From an uncultured Gemmatimonadales bacterium (GTDB taxonomy: Bacteria > Gemmatimonadota > Gemmatimonadetes > Gemmatimonadales > Gemmatimonadaceae): a stretch of DNA of 64,000 nucleotides. Positions 23,078 through 32,788 of this stretch are shown piece after piece; positions within the stretch are counted from its first letter, which is position 1; each line of letters opens with the position of its first letter. The position numbers and the translations under genes were made by a program. A model generated the notes under the pieces. It did no database searches. It saw nothing but the letters and a program-made list of their open reading frames with translations, and was not told the origin of the DNA. The stretch spans positions 256,001-320,000 of the forward strand of contig CAWBZV010000005.1 of assembly GCA_963793305.1 (NCBI GenBank), written 5' to 3'.

Positions 23078-23701
23078 GGCTCTGTATCAGGTGTACGGAG
23101 GTCGGCGTCTTCGGGTTTCAAAGCTCTTCTCAGTTCCAATCGAGCCCTGTGTATGTACGTCTTTACGGTGCCGAGCGGGAGGTCCAGGGTGGTTGCGATC
23201 TCCTCGTACGACCGCCCTTCCACGTGCCGCATCAGAGATGCACGAACGGTACTCCGGCCGCAGCGCCGCGATCGCCTTCTCGATCGCGCTCCCCAGCTCG
23301 CGCGACTCCAACTGATCGAGCGCGCTCGGCGCGTGCGAGGCGATCTCGAACGACGTCGCCTCGACCTCGGCCTCCGTCGCCGCATGCGGCGCGCCCGAGA
23401 CGCTGACCGTCGCCAGCCGGCGCTTGCGCAGATGATCGATCGCGACGTTGTTCCCGATCTTGAACAGCCAACTCGACAACTTGAAATCGGCGCGATACCG
23501 GTCGATATGGTTCAGCGCCTTGAGAAACGTGTCCTGCGCGAGCTCTTCGGCCGTCTCCCGATCGCGCACCATGCGATAGATCAGCGAGAACAACGGACGC
23601 TCGTACCGTCGAAGGATCTCCCGGAACGCGGGCTCGCGGCCTTGCTGCGCGAGCGCGACGACATCCGCGTCCGGTAAGTTGGCGAGATCGAACACGGCCA
23701 C
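23074..23701 (-). CDS. ECF sigma-70 factor (SigW/RpoE-like); apparent +1 frameshift near 23236
   Basis: AEELAQDTF, SWLFKI.NN..IDHLRK; region 4 SYEEIA..LDLPLGTVKTYIHRAR in the adjacent frame. Confidence 0.9.
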
Positions 23702-23735
23702 AGCAGGGAAGCTACCGTCCCCTTACTTTTCCCGC

Positions 23736-24437
23736 ATGTTGGTCGACGCCAAGCGCCAGCACGTCCAGCGGATGTTCTCGGAGATCGCGCCGCGCTACGA
23801 TCTCTTGAATCATCTTCTGAGCTTCAACGTCGATCGGTCGTGGCGTCGCCGCGCGATCGCCGCGCTCGCGTGGGAACGCGCTCCCGCCGGCACGTATCTC
23901 GACCTGTGCGCGGGCACCCTCGACGTGTCCTCGGCCCTGGCGACCCACCGGGGTTTCTCGGGCCGCGTGTTCGCCGCCGATTTTGCGGAACCCATGTTGC
24001 GCGCGGGCGCTGCGAAATCCCGTGCGTCGATCAGCCCCGTGGTCGCCGACGCCCTCGTGCTGCCACTGCGCGACGAGAGCGCCGACGGCGCGATCGTGGC
24101 GTTTGGAATAAGAAATGTCGAGCACCTGGACGCCGCTCTCACCGAAGCGCTCAGAGTGTTGAAGCCGGGCGGCCGCTTCGTGATCCTCGAGTTCTCGACC
24201 CCCCCGTCGCCAATGATCCGCACGGCCTACCACGCATACTTCCACCACGTGCTGCCGGCCATCGGCGGCGCCGTCAGCGGTCATGGTGCCGCGTATCGCT
24301 ATCTCCCGCGCTCAGTCGCGCACTTCCCAAATGCTGAAGATCTCGCGGGCCACATGCGATCCGCGGGATTCACCGGCGTGACCTGGGAGCCTCTCACTTT
24401 CGGCGTGGCCGCGCTCCACGTCGGGCAGCGCCCGTAA
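23736..24437 (+). CDS. ubiE: Demethylmenaquinone methyltransferase UbiE/MenG
   Basis: MF..IAPRYDLLNHLLS, LDLCAGT, AFGIRNV, RVLKPGGR..ILEF. Confidence 0.92.
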   Translation: MLVDAKRQHVQRMFSEIAPRYDLLNHLLSFNVDRSWRRRAIAALAWERAPAGTYLDLCAGTLDVSSALATHRGFSGRVFAADFAEPMLRAGAAKSRASISPVVADALVLPLRDESADGAIVAFGIRNVEHLDAALTEALRVLKPGGRFVILEFSTPPSPMIRTAYHAYFHHVLPAIGGAVSGHGAAYRYLPRSVAHFPNAEDLAGHMRSAGFTGVTWEPLTFGVAALHVGQRP

Positions 24438-25907
24438 GTGTCGCTCGACACCCTCAGCGCCTTCATCTCCGCGATCGAACACGCCGGCGAGCTTCGCCGC
24501 ATCAGGCAGCCGGTCGCCGCCCGCTTGGAACTGTGCGAGATCGCCGACCGCGTAATGAAGCAACCCGCGGGCGGCGCCGCGCTGCTCTTCGAGAACGTCA
24601 CGCTCGACAATGGATCGCGCTCGCCGTACCCGGTGGCGATCAACCTCTTCGGCTCCGACCGCCGTATGTCGCTCGCCTTGGGCGTGACCAGTCTCGACGA
24701 CCACGCGGCGCGCATCACCGAGCTCCTCTCCACGCAGGTTCCCCCCGGCATCATCGCCAAACTGGGTCTGCTCCCCCGGCTCCTCGAAGTCGCCAAATTC
24801 CCGCCACGCCATAGCTCCTCGGCGGCATGCCAAGAGGTCATCTGGCGTGGCGATGAAGTAGACCTGGGCCGCTTGCCCATTATCACGTGCTGGCCAGAGG
24901 ACGGCGGTCCGTACATTACCCTACCAATGGTGATCTCGCGAGACCCCGTGCGAGGGATCCGCAACGTCGGGATGTACCGCGTCCAAGTACTCGGGCCGCG
25001 CACTATCGCGATGCACTGGCAGCGCCACAAAGTCGGTGCTGCTCACTGGCGCATCATGGCGGAGCGCGGCGAGACCATGCCGGTGTGCATCGCGATCGGC
25101 GCCGACCCCGCATCGATCTACTCCGCGTCGGCCCCGTTGCCACCAACCGTGGACGAATTCTTGTTCGCGGGATTTCTGAGGACAGCCCCGGTCAAGCTGG
25201 CCAGAGCCGTGACGTGTGATCTCGATGTCCCGGCTGAGGCCGAGTTCGTCATCGAGGGTTACATTGATCCCCGCGAGCCATTGGTCACCGAGGGACCATT
25301 CGGCGATCACACCGGTTTTTATTCGGAGGCGGATCTCTACCCGGCGGTCCACGTTACTGCGGTGACGATGCGCACGAGCCCCATCTATGCCACGACCATT
25401 GTCGGACGCCCCCCGATGGAGGACTACTACCTCGGGCACGCCACCGAGCGCATCTTCCTTCCACTGCTCAAGCTGACGATCCCGGAGATCGTCGACTATC
25501 ACATGCCGGCGGAGGGGATCTTCCACAACCTCGTCTTCGTGTCGATCGATAAGCAGTATCCGGGGCAAGCCTACAAGGTCATGAACGCGCTGTGGGGCGC
25601 CGGACTCATGTCGCTCGCCAAGATGATCGTGGTCGTCGACAAAGAGGTCGATGTGCGCGACCCGCGGAATGCGTGGTGGATCGCGCTCAACAATATCGAT
25701 CCCGAGCGCGACGCGCGGTTCTCGATGGGCCCGATCGACGTCCTCGACCACTCGAGCCGCGCGTTCACCTATGGCTCCAAGATCGGATTCGACGCGACGC
25801 GCAAATGGCCGGAAGAAGGCTACACGCGCAACTGGCCGCCCCTGATCGAAATGGACGCCGCGACACGGTCCCGCGTGGATGCGCTCTGGCCGTCGTTGGG
25901 CCTATGA
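24438..25907 (+). CDS. UbiD-family menaquinone biosynthesis decarboxylase (MqnL-like)
   Basis: WPEDGGPYIT, RNVGMYR, EGPFGDHTGFY, GRPPMED, DVLDH. Confidence 0.92.
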   Translation: MSLDTLSAFISAIEHAGELRRIRQPVAARLELCEIADRVMKQPAGGAALLFENVTLDNGSRSPYPVAINLFGSDRRMSLALGVTSLDDHAARITELLSTQVPPGIIAKLGLLPRLLEVAKFPPRHSSSAACQEVIWRGDEVDLGRLPIITCWPEDGGPYITLPMVISRDPVRGIRNVGMYRVQVLGPRTIAMHWQRHKVGAAHWRIMAERGETMPVCIAIGADPASIYSASAPLPPTVDEFLFAGFLRTAPVKLARAVTCDLDVPAEAEFVIEGYIDPREPLVTEGPFGDHTGFYSEADLYPAVHVTAVTMRTSPIYATTIVGRPPMEDYYLGHATERIFLPLLKLTIPEIVDYHMPAEGIFHNLVFVSIDKQYPGQAYKVMNALWGAGLMSLAKMIVVVDKEVDVRDPRNAWWIALNNIDPERDARFSMGPIDVLDHSSRAFTYGSKIGFDATRKWPEEGYTRNWPPLIEMDAATRSRVDALWPSLGL

Positions 25908-26812
25908 CACAGCGCTCACGAGAACGGCAGACGTTCGCGGGCACCTCACGCTTGGTGACCTACGCGAATTTCGTCCGGCTCCCGCACACGATTTTCTTAT
26001 TGCCGTTCGCGCTCGTGGGCGTGACACTCGCGTCCGATGTCGCGCCCGTGACGGGACGCGTTGTGGCGTGGGTCGTCGTGGCGTTTACCGCCGCGCGGTT
26101 CGCGGCGATGGGCTTCAACCGCGTCGTCGACCGCCATATCGATGCCCGGAATCCCCGCACGGCCCAGCGCGAGTTGCCGCGCGGGGCGATGAGTGTGGCC
26201 GAAGCGCGTTGGGCGGTCACGCTGGCGTCGCTCGTTTTCTTTGGCGCGGCGTGGATGCTGAGCCTCATTTGCTTCGTGCTCTCGCCATTCGCGCTGGCGT
26301 GGGTCTTTTTCTATAGCTACACCAAGCGCTGGACGCGCTGGTCGCACCTGGTGCTCGGCTTCGGTCTCTCCATCGCGCCAGTTGGGGGCTACCTCGCGGT
26401 CACCGGACGGTGGAGCCATCCCTGGTGGATGCTGATCAGCCTGGCCGGTGCGGTCGCCTGCTGGTCCGGCGGCTTCGATATCCTGTACGCGTTACAAGAC
26501 ACCGCGTTCGATCGGGCAAACGGTCTGTTTTCATTGCCGGCCGCTCTCGGGGAGGCGCGTGCGCTGCGCGTCGCTCGCGGTTTCCATGTCGCGGCGGTCC
26601 TGGGCCTCCTGCTTACAGGACTATCGACGAATGTCGGTTGGCTCTACTGGCTCGGTTGGGCCACCGTCGCCGCATTACTCGCGTATGAACATTCGCTGGT
26701 CCATGAAGACGACCTCTCGCGCCTCGACGCGGCATTCTTCACCCTGAACGGGATCATCTCGATCTTGTTCATGGTGTTCGTGGTCGCCGACCGCGTGATG
26801 CGCGCATGGTGA
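25904..26812 (+). CDS. UbiA-family prenyltransferase (MqnP-like)
   Basis: HTIF.LPF, AMGFNR.VDR.IDARNPRT..RELP, YSYTKR, GFDILYALQD. Confidence 0.92.
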   Translation: MTQRSRERQTFAGTSRLVTYANFVRLPHTIFLLPFALVGVTLASDVAPVTGRVVAWVVVAFTAARFAAMGFNRVVDRHIDARNPRTAQRELPRGAMSVAEARWAVTLASLVFFGAAWMLSLICFVLSPFALAWVFFYSYTKRWTRWSHLVLGFGLSIAPVGGYLAVTGRWSHPWWMLISLAGAVACWSGGFDILYALQDTAFDRANGLFSLPAALGEARALRVARGFHVAAVLGLLLTGLSTNVGWLYWLGWATVAALLAYEHSLVHEDDLSRLDAAFFTLNGIISILFMVFVVADRVMRAW

Positions 26813-27411
26813 CGGAGCCGCTCGTCTTCGGGATCACGGGCGCCTCCGGCGCACCGTACGCCGTCCACACACTGCGCGCATTGGCCGCCGCTGAGCGCCC
26901 CGTCTCGCTGATAATTTCCTCCCACGGTCTCCGTCTTCTTCATACCGAGATGGGGATCCAAACCCTCGATGCGTTACGCGAGGCAGTCGGTGGCCCGGTC
27001 TGGGATCGGTGGGTGACCGTCTACGATGATCGCGATCGCGGCGCCGCGCCGGCGTCGGGTTCGGCGCCGAGTGCCGGAATGCTCGTGTGTCCCTGTTCGA
27101 TGGGCACGCTCTCGGCGATCGCCGCGGGCAGCTCGCGGTCGCTTATTGAGCGCGCGGCCGATGTGACGCTAAAGGAGCGGCGCAAGCTCGTGCTCGTCCC
27201 GCGGGAAACGCCGCTCTCCGAGATCCATCTCCGCAACATGCTGCGCGTCACCCGCGCGGGCGCGGTCGTGCTCCCAGCCGCGCCGGGATTCTACCACCGG
27301 CCGACGACCATCGACGCGCTCGTCGATTTCGTGGTCGCCCGTGTGCTCGACCAACTCGGCATCCCGAATGCGCTCGCGCCGCGATGGACCGGATCCATTC
27401 GATCGGTCTGA
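26806..27411 (+). CDS. ubiX: Flavin prenyltransferase
   Basis: GITGASG, ASGS, PCSMGTL, RAADVTLKERR, PRETP, PGFY. Confidence 0.95.
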   Translation: MVTEPLVFGITGASGAPYAVHTLRALAAAERPVSLIISSHGLRLLHTEMGIQTLDALREAVGGPVWDRWVTVYDDRDRGAAPASGSAPSAGMLVCPCSMGTLSAIAAGSSRSLIERAADVTLKERRKLVLVPRETPLSEIHLRNMLRVTRAGAVVLPAAPGFYHRPTTIDALVDFVVARVLDQLGIPNALAPRWTGSIRSV

Positions 27412-27863
27412 TCGCCGACACGCACGGGCTCCTGCGGCCGGACGTTTTCACCGCACTCGATGGGGTCGAGCTGATCCTCCACGCCGGTGATGTCGGTGGC
27501 GATGGAATTCTGGATGAGCTGTCGCTCATTGCTCCAGTGCTCGCCGTGGCGGGCAACACCGACCCGCCAGGCGATCCGCGCCTCGCGCCAAGTCGTGTGT
27601 GTGAGGTGGCGGGCACGAAGATTCACGTGAGCCACGGCCACGAGCTCGGGTCTCCGACACCGGCCGCGCTGTTCGCCCGCTACACCGAGCCGATCATCGT
27701 GTACGGCCACACGCACAAGCAGCTCGTGTCACGAGACGGCGAACGATGGGCGATCAACCCCGGCGCTGCTGGGCCGCGCCGGTTCAATCTGCATCCCAGC
27801 GTGGCCCGGCTGCGCCTGTCGGGCTCGAGTATCGATGTGGAAATCATACCGCTGAACGACTAG
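27384..27863 (+). CDS. YfcE-like metallophosphoesterase
   Basis: DTHG, HAGD, GNTD, HGH, GHTH, NPG. Confidence 0.9.
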   Translation: MDRIHSIGLIADTHGLLRPDVFTALDGVELILHAGDVGGDGILDELSLIAPVLAVAGNTDPPGDPRLAPSRVCEVAGTKIHVSHGHELGSPTPAALFARYTEPIIVYGHTHKQLVSRDGERWAINPGAAGPRRFNLHPSVARLRLSGSSIDVEIIPLND

Positions 27864-27881
27864 AGCTCAGCTTCACCGAGC

Positions 27882-28100
27882 TCAGATCAACTTGAAGTGG
27901 CCTGCTGGGTACAAAAAGTCGTCGTCCGAATCATCATTGATCCGATAGAGCGCGCCATTGGCTTCCACGGCGAGCAATTCATAGATCCGCCCGAGCGTCA
28001 GGTCGTGACACCCGCCTGGCTCGTCTTCGCCGGGGATCTTGAGCCAGGGTCGAACACTGATACACTGAACGAGGCTTGTGGGCTCCCACGAAGTCGCCAT
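27882..28100 (-). CDS. Small hypothetical protein
   Basis: 72-aa ORF (MATSWEP...) with a plausible SD (GGGAG); DLTLGRIYE...INDDSDDDFLYP. Confidence 0.55.
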   Translation of the reverse strand: MATSWEPTSLVQCISVRPWLKIPGEDEPGGCHDLTLGRIYELLAVEANGALYRINDDSDDDFLYPAGHFKLI

Positions 28101-28128
28101 CGCGTCGCTCCCGCGTTGGAGGTGGTCG

Positions 28129-29223
28129 TTACGCGGTGCAAGAGGCCGGCCACTGCGACGTACGCTTAAGCTCCACCGGAAAGCGCCTGAACCAGGACGA
28201 CAATAACTGCAGCTCGTCGATCTCGTGCGCGGGCACGGCCAAGGTCGCCTTCTGTTTTGGCGCGAACACCCCGTGGACCAAGTCACGCCACTCGCGCCGC
28301 TCTCCGGCGGTCCGCGGCGCGCTTCGGTCCGCGCGGATACACCCGCGCCGAATCGCGTAGACATGACGACTACCGTCCCAACCACGCACTGTATACACGA
28401 ACGACAATGTCTCGACCGCAAACCGGAGCCGCCCGAACTGGTCCCTTAAGCTTTCCAATCGCTTGAGCTTGTCGCGCAACGCCGCCGCGCGCTCGAACTG
28501 CAGGCGCTCGCTGGCTTCACGCATCGCTTCACTAATAGACCCAAGCGGCCCGTCATCGGTTCCATCGAAGAACGCCCGCGCGAGCCTTACCCGCTCGTCG
28601 TACTGCGCAATCGAGGTTCCCCCGATACACGGCCCCAGACATTTCCCGATCTCGAATCGAATACAGCCCGGTGTCCGCTGCGGGGCGCCGAACAACTCCC
28701 CTTGGTCACTGAAGCGCATCGGGACGTCTTTTGCGCAGTCCCGGAGCCCCAACGCGTCACTCAATTCTCTCGTGGCCTCTTCCAACTGTCGCGCACCGTG
28801 AAACGGCCCGTAGTAGGTCTCCGTGTGGTCAGTCCCGCTGGCCGTACGCACCACAACTAATTTTGGCGCCGGCGGCGCGCTCATCTTAATGAATGCGTAA
28901 TGCCGCGCGTCCGACTTCATCATGACGTTGTAGCGCGGCCGAAGCCGCTTAATGAGGCGCAGCTCGGTGATGAGCGCGGCGAACTCGCTGGGGCAGTACT
29001 CCCAGTCGATCGAGCGGGCCTCACGGAGAATCCGCGCGCCTTTTTCTTCCGGGTACTCGCACCGGAAGTAACTCAGCAGGCGAGACCGAACCTGTTTCGA
29101 CTTGCCGACGTAGACGATTTCACCGTCGGCCGACAGCATCCGGTACACGCCAGGCCGATCCGCCGCGTTCGCGCGAACATGCGCGCGCATGGCTTCGAGC
29201 TCGCTATCGCTGGCAGTACGCAC
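28129..29223 (-). CDS. GIY-YIG nuclease, UvrC N-terminal/Cho-like
   Basis: PGVYR...IVYVGKS..VRSRL.SYF, E..LIK...PRYN, CLGPC, UVR motif L.FERAAALRD; lacks the UvrC RNase H and HhH half. Confidence 0.88.
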   Translation of the reverse strand: MRTASDSELEAMRAHVRANAADRPGVYRMLSADGEIVYVGKSKQVRSRLLSYFRCEYPEEKGARILREARSIDWEYCPSEFAALITELRLIKRLRPRYNVMMKSDARHYAFIKMSAPPAPKLVVVRTASGTDHTETYYGPFHGARQLEEATRELSDALGLRDCAKDVPMRFSDQGELFGAPQRTPGCIRFEIGKCLGPCIGGTSIAQYDERVRLARAFFDGTDDGPLGSISEAMREASERLQFERAAALRDKLKRLESLRDQFGRLRFAVETLSFVYTVRGWDGSRHVYAIRRGCIRADRSAPRTAGERREWRDLVHGVFAPKQKATLAVPAHEIDELQLLSSWFRRFPVELKRTSQWPASCTA

Positions 29224-29227
29224 AGAA

Positions 29228-29325
29228 CGCGGCTCCGCCGCGCGTCGATGCAGCGCTACGCGCTGCTCGACTGGTCGGTTCGCCTCCGGGGGGCAAACCC
29301 CAACTACGCCCCCCGGACCCCCCGG
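29228..29325. repeat. Intergenic palindrome cluster (REP-like)
   Basis: CGCGGC-tcc-GCCGCG, GCAGCGC-tac-GCGCTGC, CCGGGGGGC...GCCCCCCGG followed by ACCCCCCGG. Confidence 0.6.
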
Positions 29326-29331
29326 CTATCC

Positions 29332-30144
29332 TCATCGCTGACACGTGGCGCAGAACACCGTGGCACGCCCGTCGATCGCATGCGTGCCGACGAGCCGCGC
29401 ACCGCACCTCTGACACGCCCGTCCGGCCCGCCCATAGGCCGCGAGCGCGGCGGCAAATGATCCGCGCTCGCCGTTGGCGTCACGATAATCCCGAAAGCTC
29501 GTGCCTCGCGCGGCGATCGCTTCGGTCAGCACGTCGACGATCGCGTCCCGCAACGTGCCGGCCTCCGTGGTCGAGACGCTCCTCGCTTCTCGCGACGGAT
29601 CGATCCCGGCGCGCCACAGGGCCTCGTTCGCGTAGATGTTGCCGATCCCGGCGATCAGCCGCTGGTCCATGAGCACCTTCTTCACCGCCTGTCGCGAGCG
29701 TGCGAGAAGTTGGGAGAGATGATTGGACGTGAACGCGGAATCAAGGGGTTCGATGCCGAGCGCGCCGGTATATGCCTCAAAGCGCTTCGGCGTCATCAAG
29801 GCGACCGTGCCCAGTCTTCTCACATTGCGATAGTGCACGACGCGCCCATCGTCCAGTTGGAGCGTGACGGTCACATATCTCTCGTCGCTGGGATTTATCA
29901 ACAACGCGCCGGTAAACCGTGGCTGCACCACGAGGCGGTCCCCGCTTGAGAGATCGAGGACGACGAGTTTAGCGCGCCGCCAGGCGCGCAAAATAGTCGT
30001 ACCGGTTATCCGACTCGTGAGCGTGCGAGCGCTGACCTCGCGCAGCACGTCGGCGTGACGCACACGAACGCCGACAATCGTGCTCCCGGCCACCGCGCGG
30101 TCGAGATCCCGCGCGATCGTCTCCGTCTCAGGTAGCTCGGGTAT
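29332..30144 (-). CDS. mutM: Formamidopyrimidine-DNA glycosylase Fpg (start codon reads ATA)
   Basis: PELPE N-terminus, RRAK, GIGNIYANEAL, C-terminal CQRC...CATCQ zinc finger. Confidence 0.93.
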   Translation of the reverse strand: MPELPETETIARDLDRAVAGSTIVGVRVRHADVLREVSARTLTSRITGTTILRAWRRAKLVVLDLSSGDRLVVQPRFTGALLINPSDERYVTVTLQLDDGRVVHYRNVRRLGTVALMTPKRFEAYTGALGIEPLDSAFTSNHLSQLLARSRQAVKKVLMDQRLIAGIGNIYANEALWRAGIDPSREARSVSTTEAGTLRDAIVDVLTEAIAARGTSFRDYRDANGERGSFAAALAAYGRAGRACQRCGARLVGTHAIDGRATVFCATCQR

Positions 30145-31381
30145 GGCGAAACCCGATATCAGATCGGAACTGCTTGCCGTCGAGACCCACGCGCTCGACA
30201 AAGCCGTGGCTTTTCGCGTGCGCGTCGTTGAGCGTAGTCCCGACGCCGGTCACGCTCAACACCCGCCCGCCGGCCGAGATGAGCCGCCCGCCGCTGTCCC
30301 TCGCCGTCCCGGCATGGAACACGTAGACGTCATCCTCGGGATCTGGCAAGTCGATTCGGTCGCCAGCGCGTGGCGTATCCGGATACCCCGCGGCCGCGAT
30401 GACGGTCGTGACCGCGTAGCCGCCGGGCGATCGGCCGAGCTCCGGCAGATCATCGCCGACGGCGACGGCATGCAGCAACGCACCCAAGCCCTCGCCCGTG
30501 AGCGGCATGATGGTCTGAGTCTCCGGATCGCCAAACCGGGCATTGAACTCGACGACCTTCGGCCCGTCGTCGGTCATCATCAGGCCAGCGTAGAGCAGGC
30601 CCGTGAACGGCCGCCCCCGATCACGCATGACCTCGAGCACCGGTCGGATGACGTTGATCGCGACGTCATTCGTGAGCTGACTGTACTTGTCGCATCGCTC
30701 AAACGGGGCATACGCGCCCATGCCGCCGGTATTCGGCCCGCGATCCCCATCCAAAAGCCGTTTGTGATCCTGCGACGGCATGAGCGGCACAATCGTCGTG
30801 CCGTTGGTCACGCCAAATACCGAGACTTCTTCGCCTCGCATAAACTCTTCAACTAGAATCTCGCCCCGCTCGAGCAAGGCATCGATCGCCGCATCCGCCT
30901 CGGCGAGTGTCTCGGCGACAATCACACCCTTGCCCGCGGCGAGTCCGGACGCCTTGATCACCACCGGCGCGCCCAGGTCTCGCGCCGCGCGCTTTGCCGT
31001 CGCCGCCTCCGTATGTCGCGTCGCGCGAGCCGTAGGCACCCAGGCCTCGGCGAGTATCTCTTTCGCAAACGCCTTCGACGATTCGATCTCCGTCGCGGCC
31101 TGAGTAGGCCCAAAAATTGGTAGCCCCTCGGCTCTGAACTTGTCGACAATTCCCGCGGCGAGAGGCGCCTCAGGTCCAACTATTGTGAACGCTGGCCGCT
31201 CGTCACGCGCGAGCGCAGCGAGCGCGCTCAAGTCAATTGCCGCGATGCCGACACACCGGCCGAGCGTAGCGATGCCAGGATTGCCCGGGGCAGCTACGAT
31301 GTCGACGGTGGGATCGTCGCGGCGGAGGCGCCAGGCCAGCGCGTGCTCGCGCCCCCCGCCGCCGACGATCAGCACTTTCAT
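30128..31381 (-). CDS. purD: Phosphoribosylamine-glycine ligase
   Basis: GGGGREHAL, VGPEAPL, GLAAGKGV, QDHKR..DGD.GPNTGGMG, EFNARFGDPE. Confidence 0.97.
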   Translation of the reverse strand: MKVLIVGGGGREHALAWRLRRDDPTVDIVAAPGNPGIATLGRCVGIAAIDLSALAALARDERPAFTIVGPEAPLAAGIVDKFRAEGLPIFGPTQAATEIESSKAFAKEILAEAWVPTARATRHTEAATAKRAARDLGAPVVIKASGLAAGKGVIVAETLAEADAAIDALLERGEILVEEFMRGEEVSVFGVTNGTTIVPLMPSQDHKRLLDGDRGPNTGGMGAYAPFERCDKYSQLTNDVAINVIRPVLEVMRDRGRPFTGLLYAGLMMTDDGPKVVEFNARFGDPETQTIMPLTGEGLGALLHAVAVGDDLPELGRSPGGYAVTTVIAAAGYPDTPRAGDRIDLPDPEDDVYVFHAGTARDSGGRLISAGGRVLSVTGVGTTLNDAHAKSHGFVERVGLDGKQFRSDIGFRHTRAT

Positions 31382-32383
31382 TTCTTGCGAAACGCCGACG
31401 TGAACGCGTCGCGCGCGCGATCGACTACGCCCTCGATGTCATTGAGGACCGTCTGGGCCTTATCCGAGTAATGTTTCGCGGCGTCGCCGTAGTCTTTCTT
31501 GAGATCGCGATCGTCTTCCGATCCACGCCGCGGATAATCCCCGGCGAGGATCTTCGCGTAGTCCCCGCTCGCGACCCACCGCTGCAACTCGGCCACCCGC
31601 ACGGTCGCGAAGGGATGATCCTTCCCGACGGTATTCAGCAGCTTGAGGATGTTGTCCCACACGCCGCCCGATGCCTCATACTCGGCCGCCTGCTTCAAGA
31701 ACTCGTCGAGGTTGAGCTCATCATCGCCCGCGGAGCCACCGGCCATTTTGAAGTACGTCATCATGGCCTTGTTCGTGTCCTGCCCGCCGAGCAGCCCGGC
31801 GCGGTCCGACGACAACTCGGCTTTGCGGAACCACTCCAATAACGCCAGCCTGAAGGGCAAAAGCGCGACTTCCGCTATCCACGGCAAATTCGACAGGCCG
31901 AATTGCAACAGAATGATGGCGATCGTGCTATAGGTGACGTGCCCGCTGATAATATGGCCGAGCTCGTGCGCCAAGACGTTCGCGTTGCTCCTCACGATCG
32001 AGGAGCTTGAGCGCGGCCGAGTTGACGACGACGAACGGATCGTCGAACCCCACGGCCATGGCGTTGACGATCGGAGTCTGCGTCACATAGAGCTGTGGGC
32101 GCTTCGGCCAGTCGAGCGTCGCAAGAACCTCGGTCCACAGCGCGTCCAACTTTGGCCGTTGGCGCGGTCCGACGCGTACCGCACTCGCCGTAAACAGATG
32201 CCTGACACCGCGGTCGCTGATCGCCGCCGCGACCTTTCGTATGATCTCGTCGAACCCCGGCAAGGCCCGCAGCGTTTGCAGCGCGGCCCGGTCCGCCGGA
32301 TGCTCCCATGCGACGGACGAGATCTGCGTGAGCACCACTCTCCCGCCGCCAGGTCTCGCCGACTGCACCGGCAATTCACTCAT
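31378..32383 (-). CDS. M48 family Zn metallopeptidase; apparent +1 frameshift near 31985
   Basis: WEHPADRAAL, P.VNA.A.G; AHELGH...AELSSDRAG...HP in the adjacent frame. Confidence 0.85.
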
Positions 32384-32434
32384 GTGTGTCCTCCGTTGGA
32401 CCGCACTACGTGTGCGCCGCGGCCGGAGTTGCGT

Positions 32435-32788
32435 TCAGAGGCAAGAGTGCCCCACGTAACAGCCGTACCCGAGTCCCGTCACCAGAAGCGCCGGCACCGA
32501 GAGAAGCGCGACCGCGAACGCCGCTGCCCTGGGAAGAATGTGGCGGTGCCCCAACCAGAATCCGGCCCACACGAACGCGAGCGCAACGCCATAGCACAGC
32601 GCGGTAGCCACCACGTCATCCCTGGAGTGAGGCATCAAACCCATCAAGACGATCGTCGTAATCGCCACGAACGCGGCGTAGAGAAGGCCAATAACCCAGG
32701 GACGCAACGTCGGCCGCCAGATGAGCACGAGCCCGAACACCGCCATTGGCAAGCAGAACGGCGGCAGCTGTACCCAGAAAAAGTTCAT
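32435..32788 (-). CDS. Small hypothetical membrane protein
   Basis: About 4 hydrophobic helices; 4-bp overlap with the upstream gene stop. Confidence 0.5.
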   Translation of the reverse strand: MNFFWVQLPPFCLPMAVFGLVLIWRPTLRPWVIGLLYAAFVAITTIVLMGLMPHSRDDVVATALCYGVALAFVWAGFWLGHRHILPRAAAFAVALLSVPALLVTGLGYGCYVGHSCL

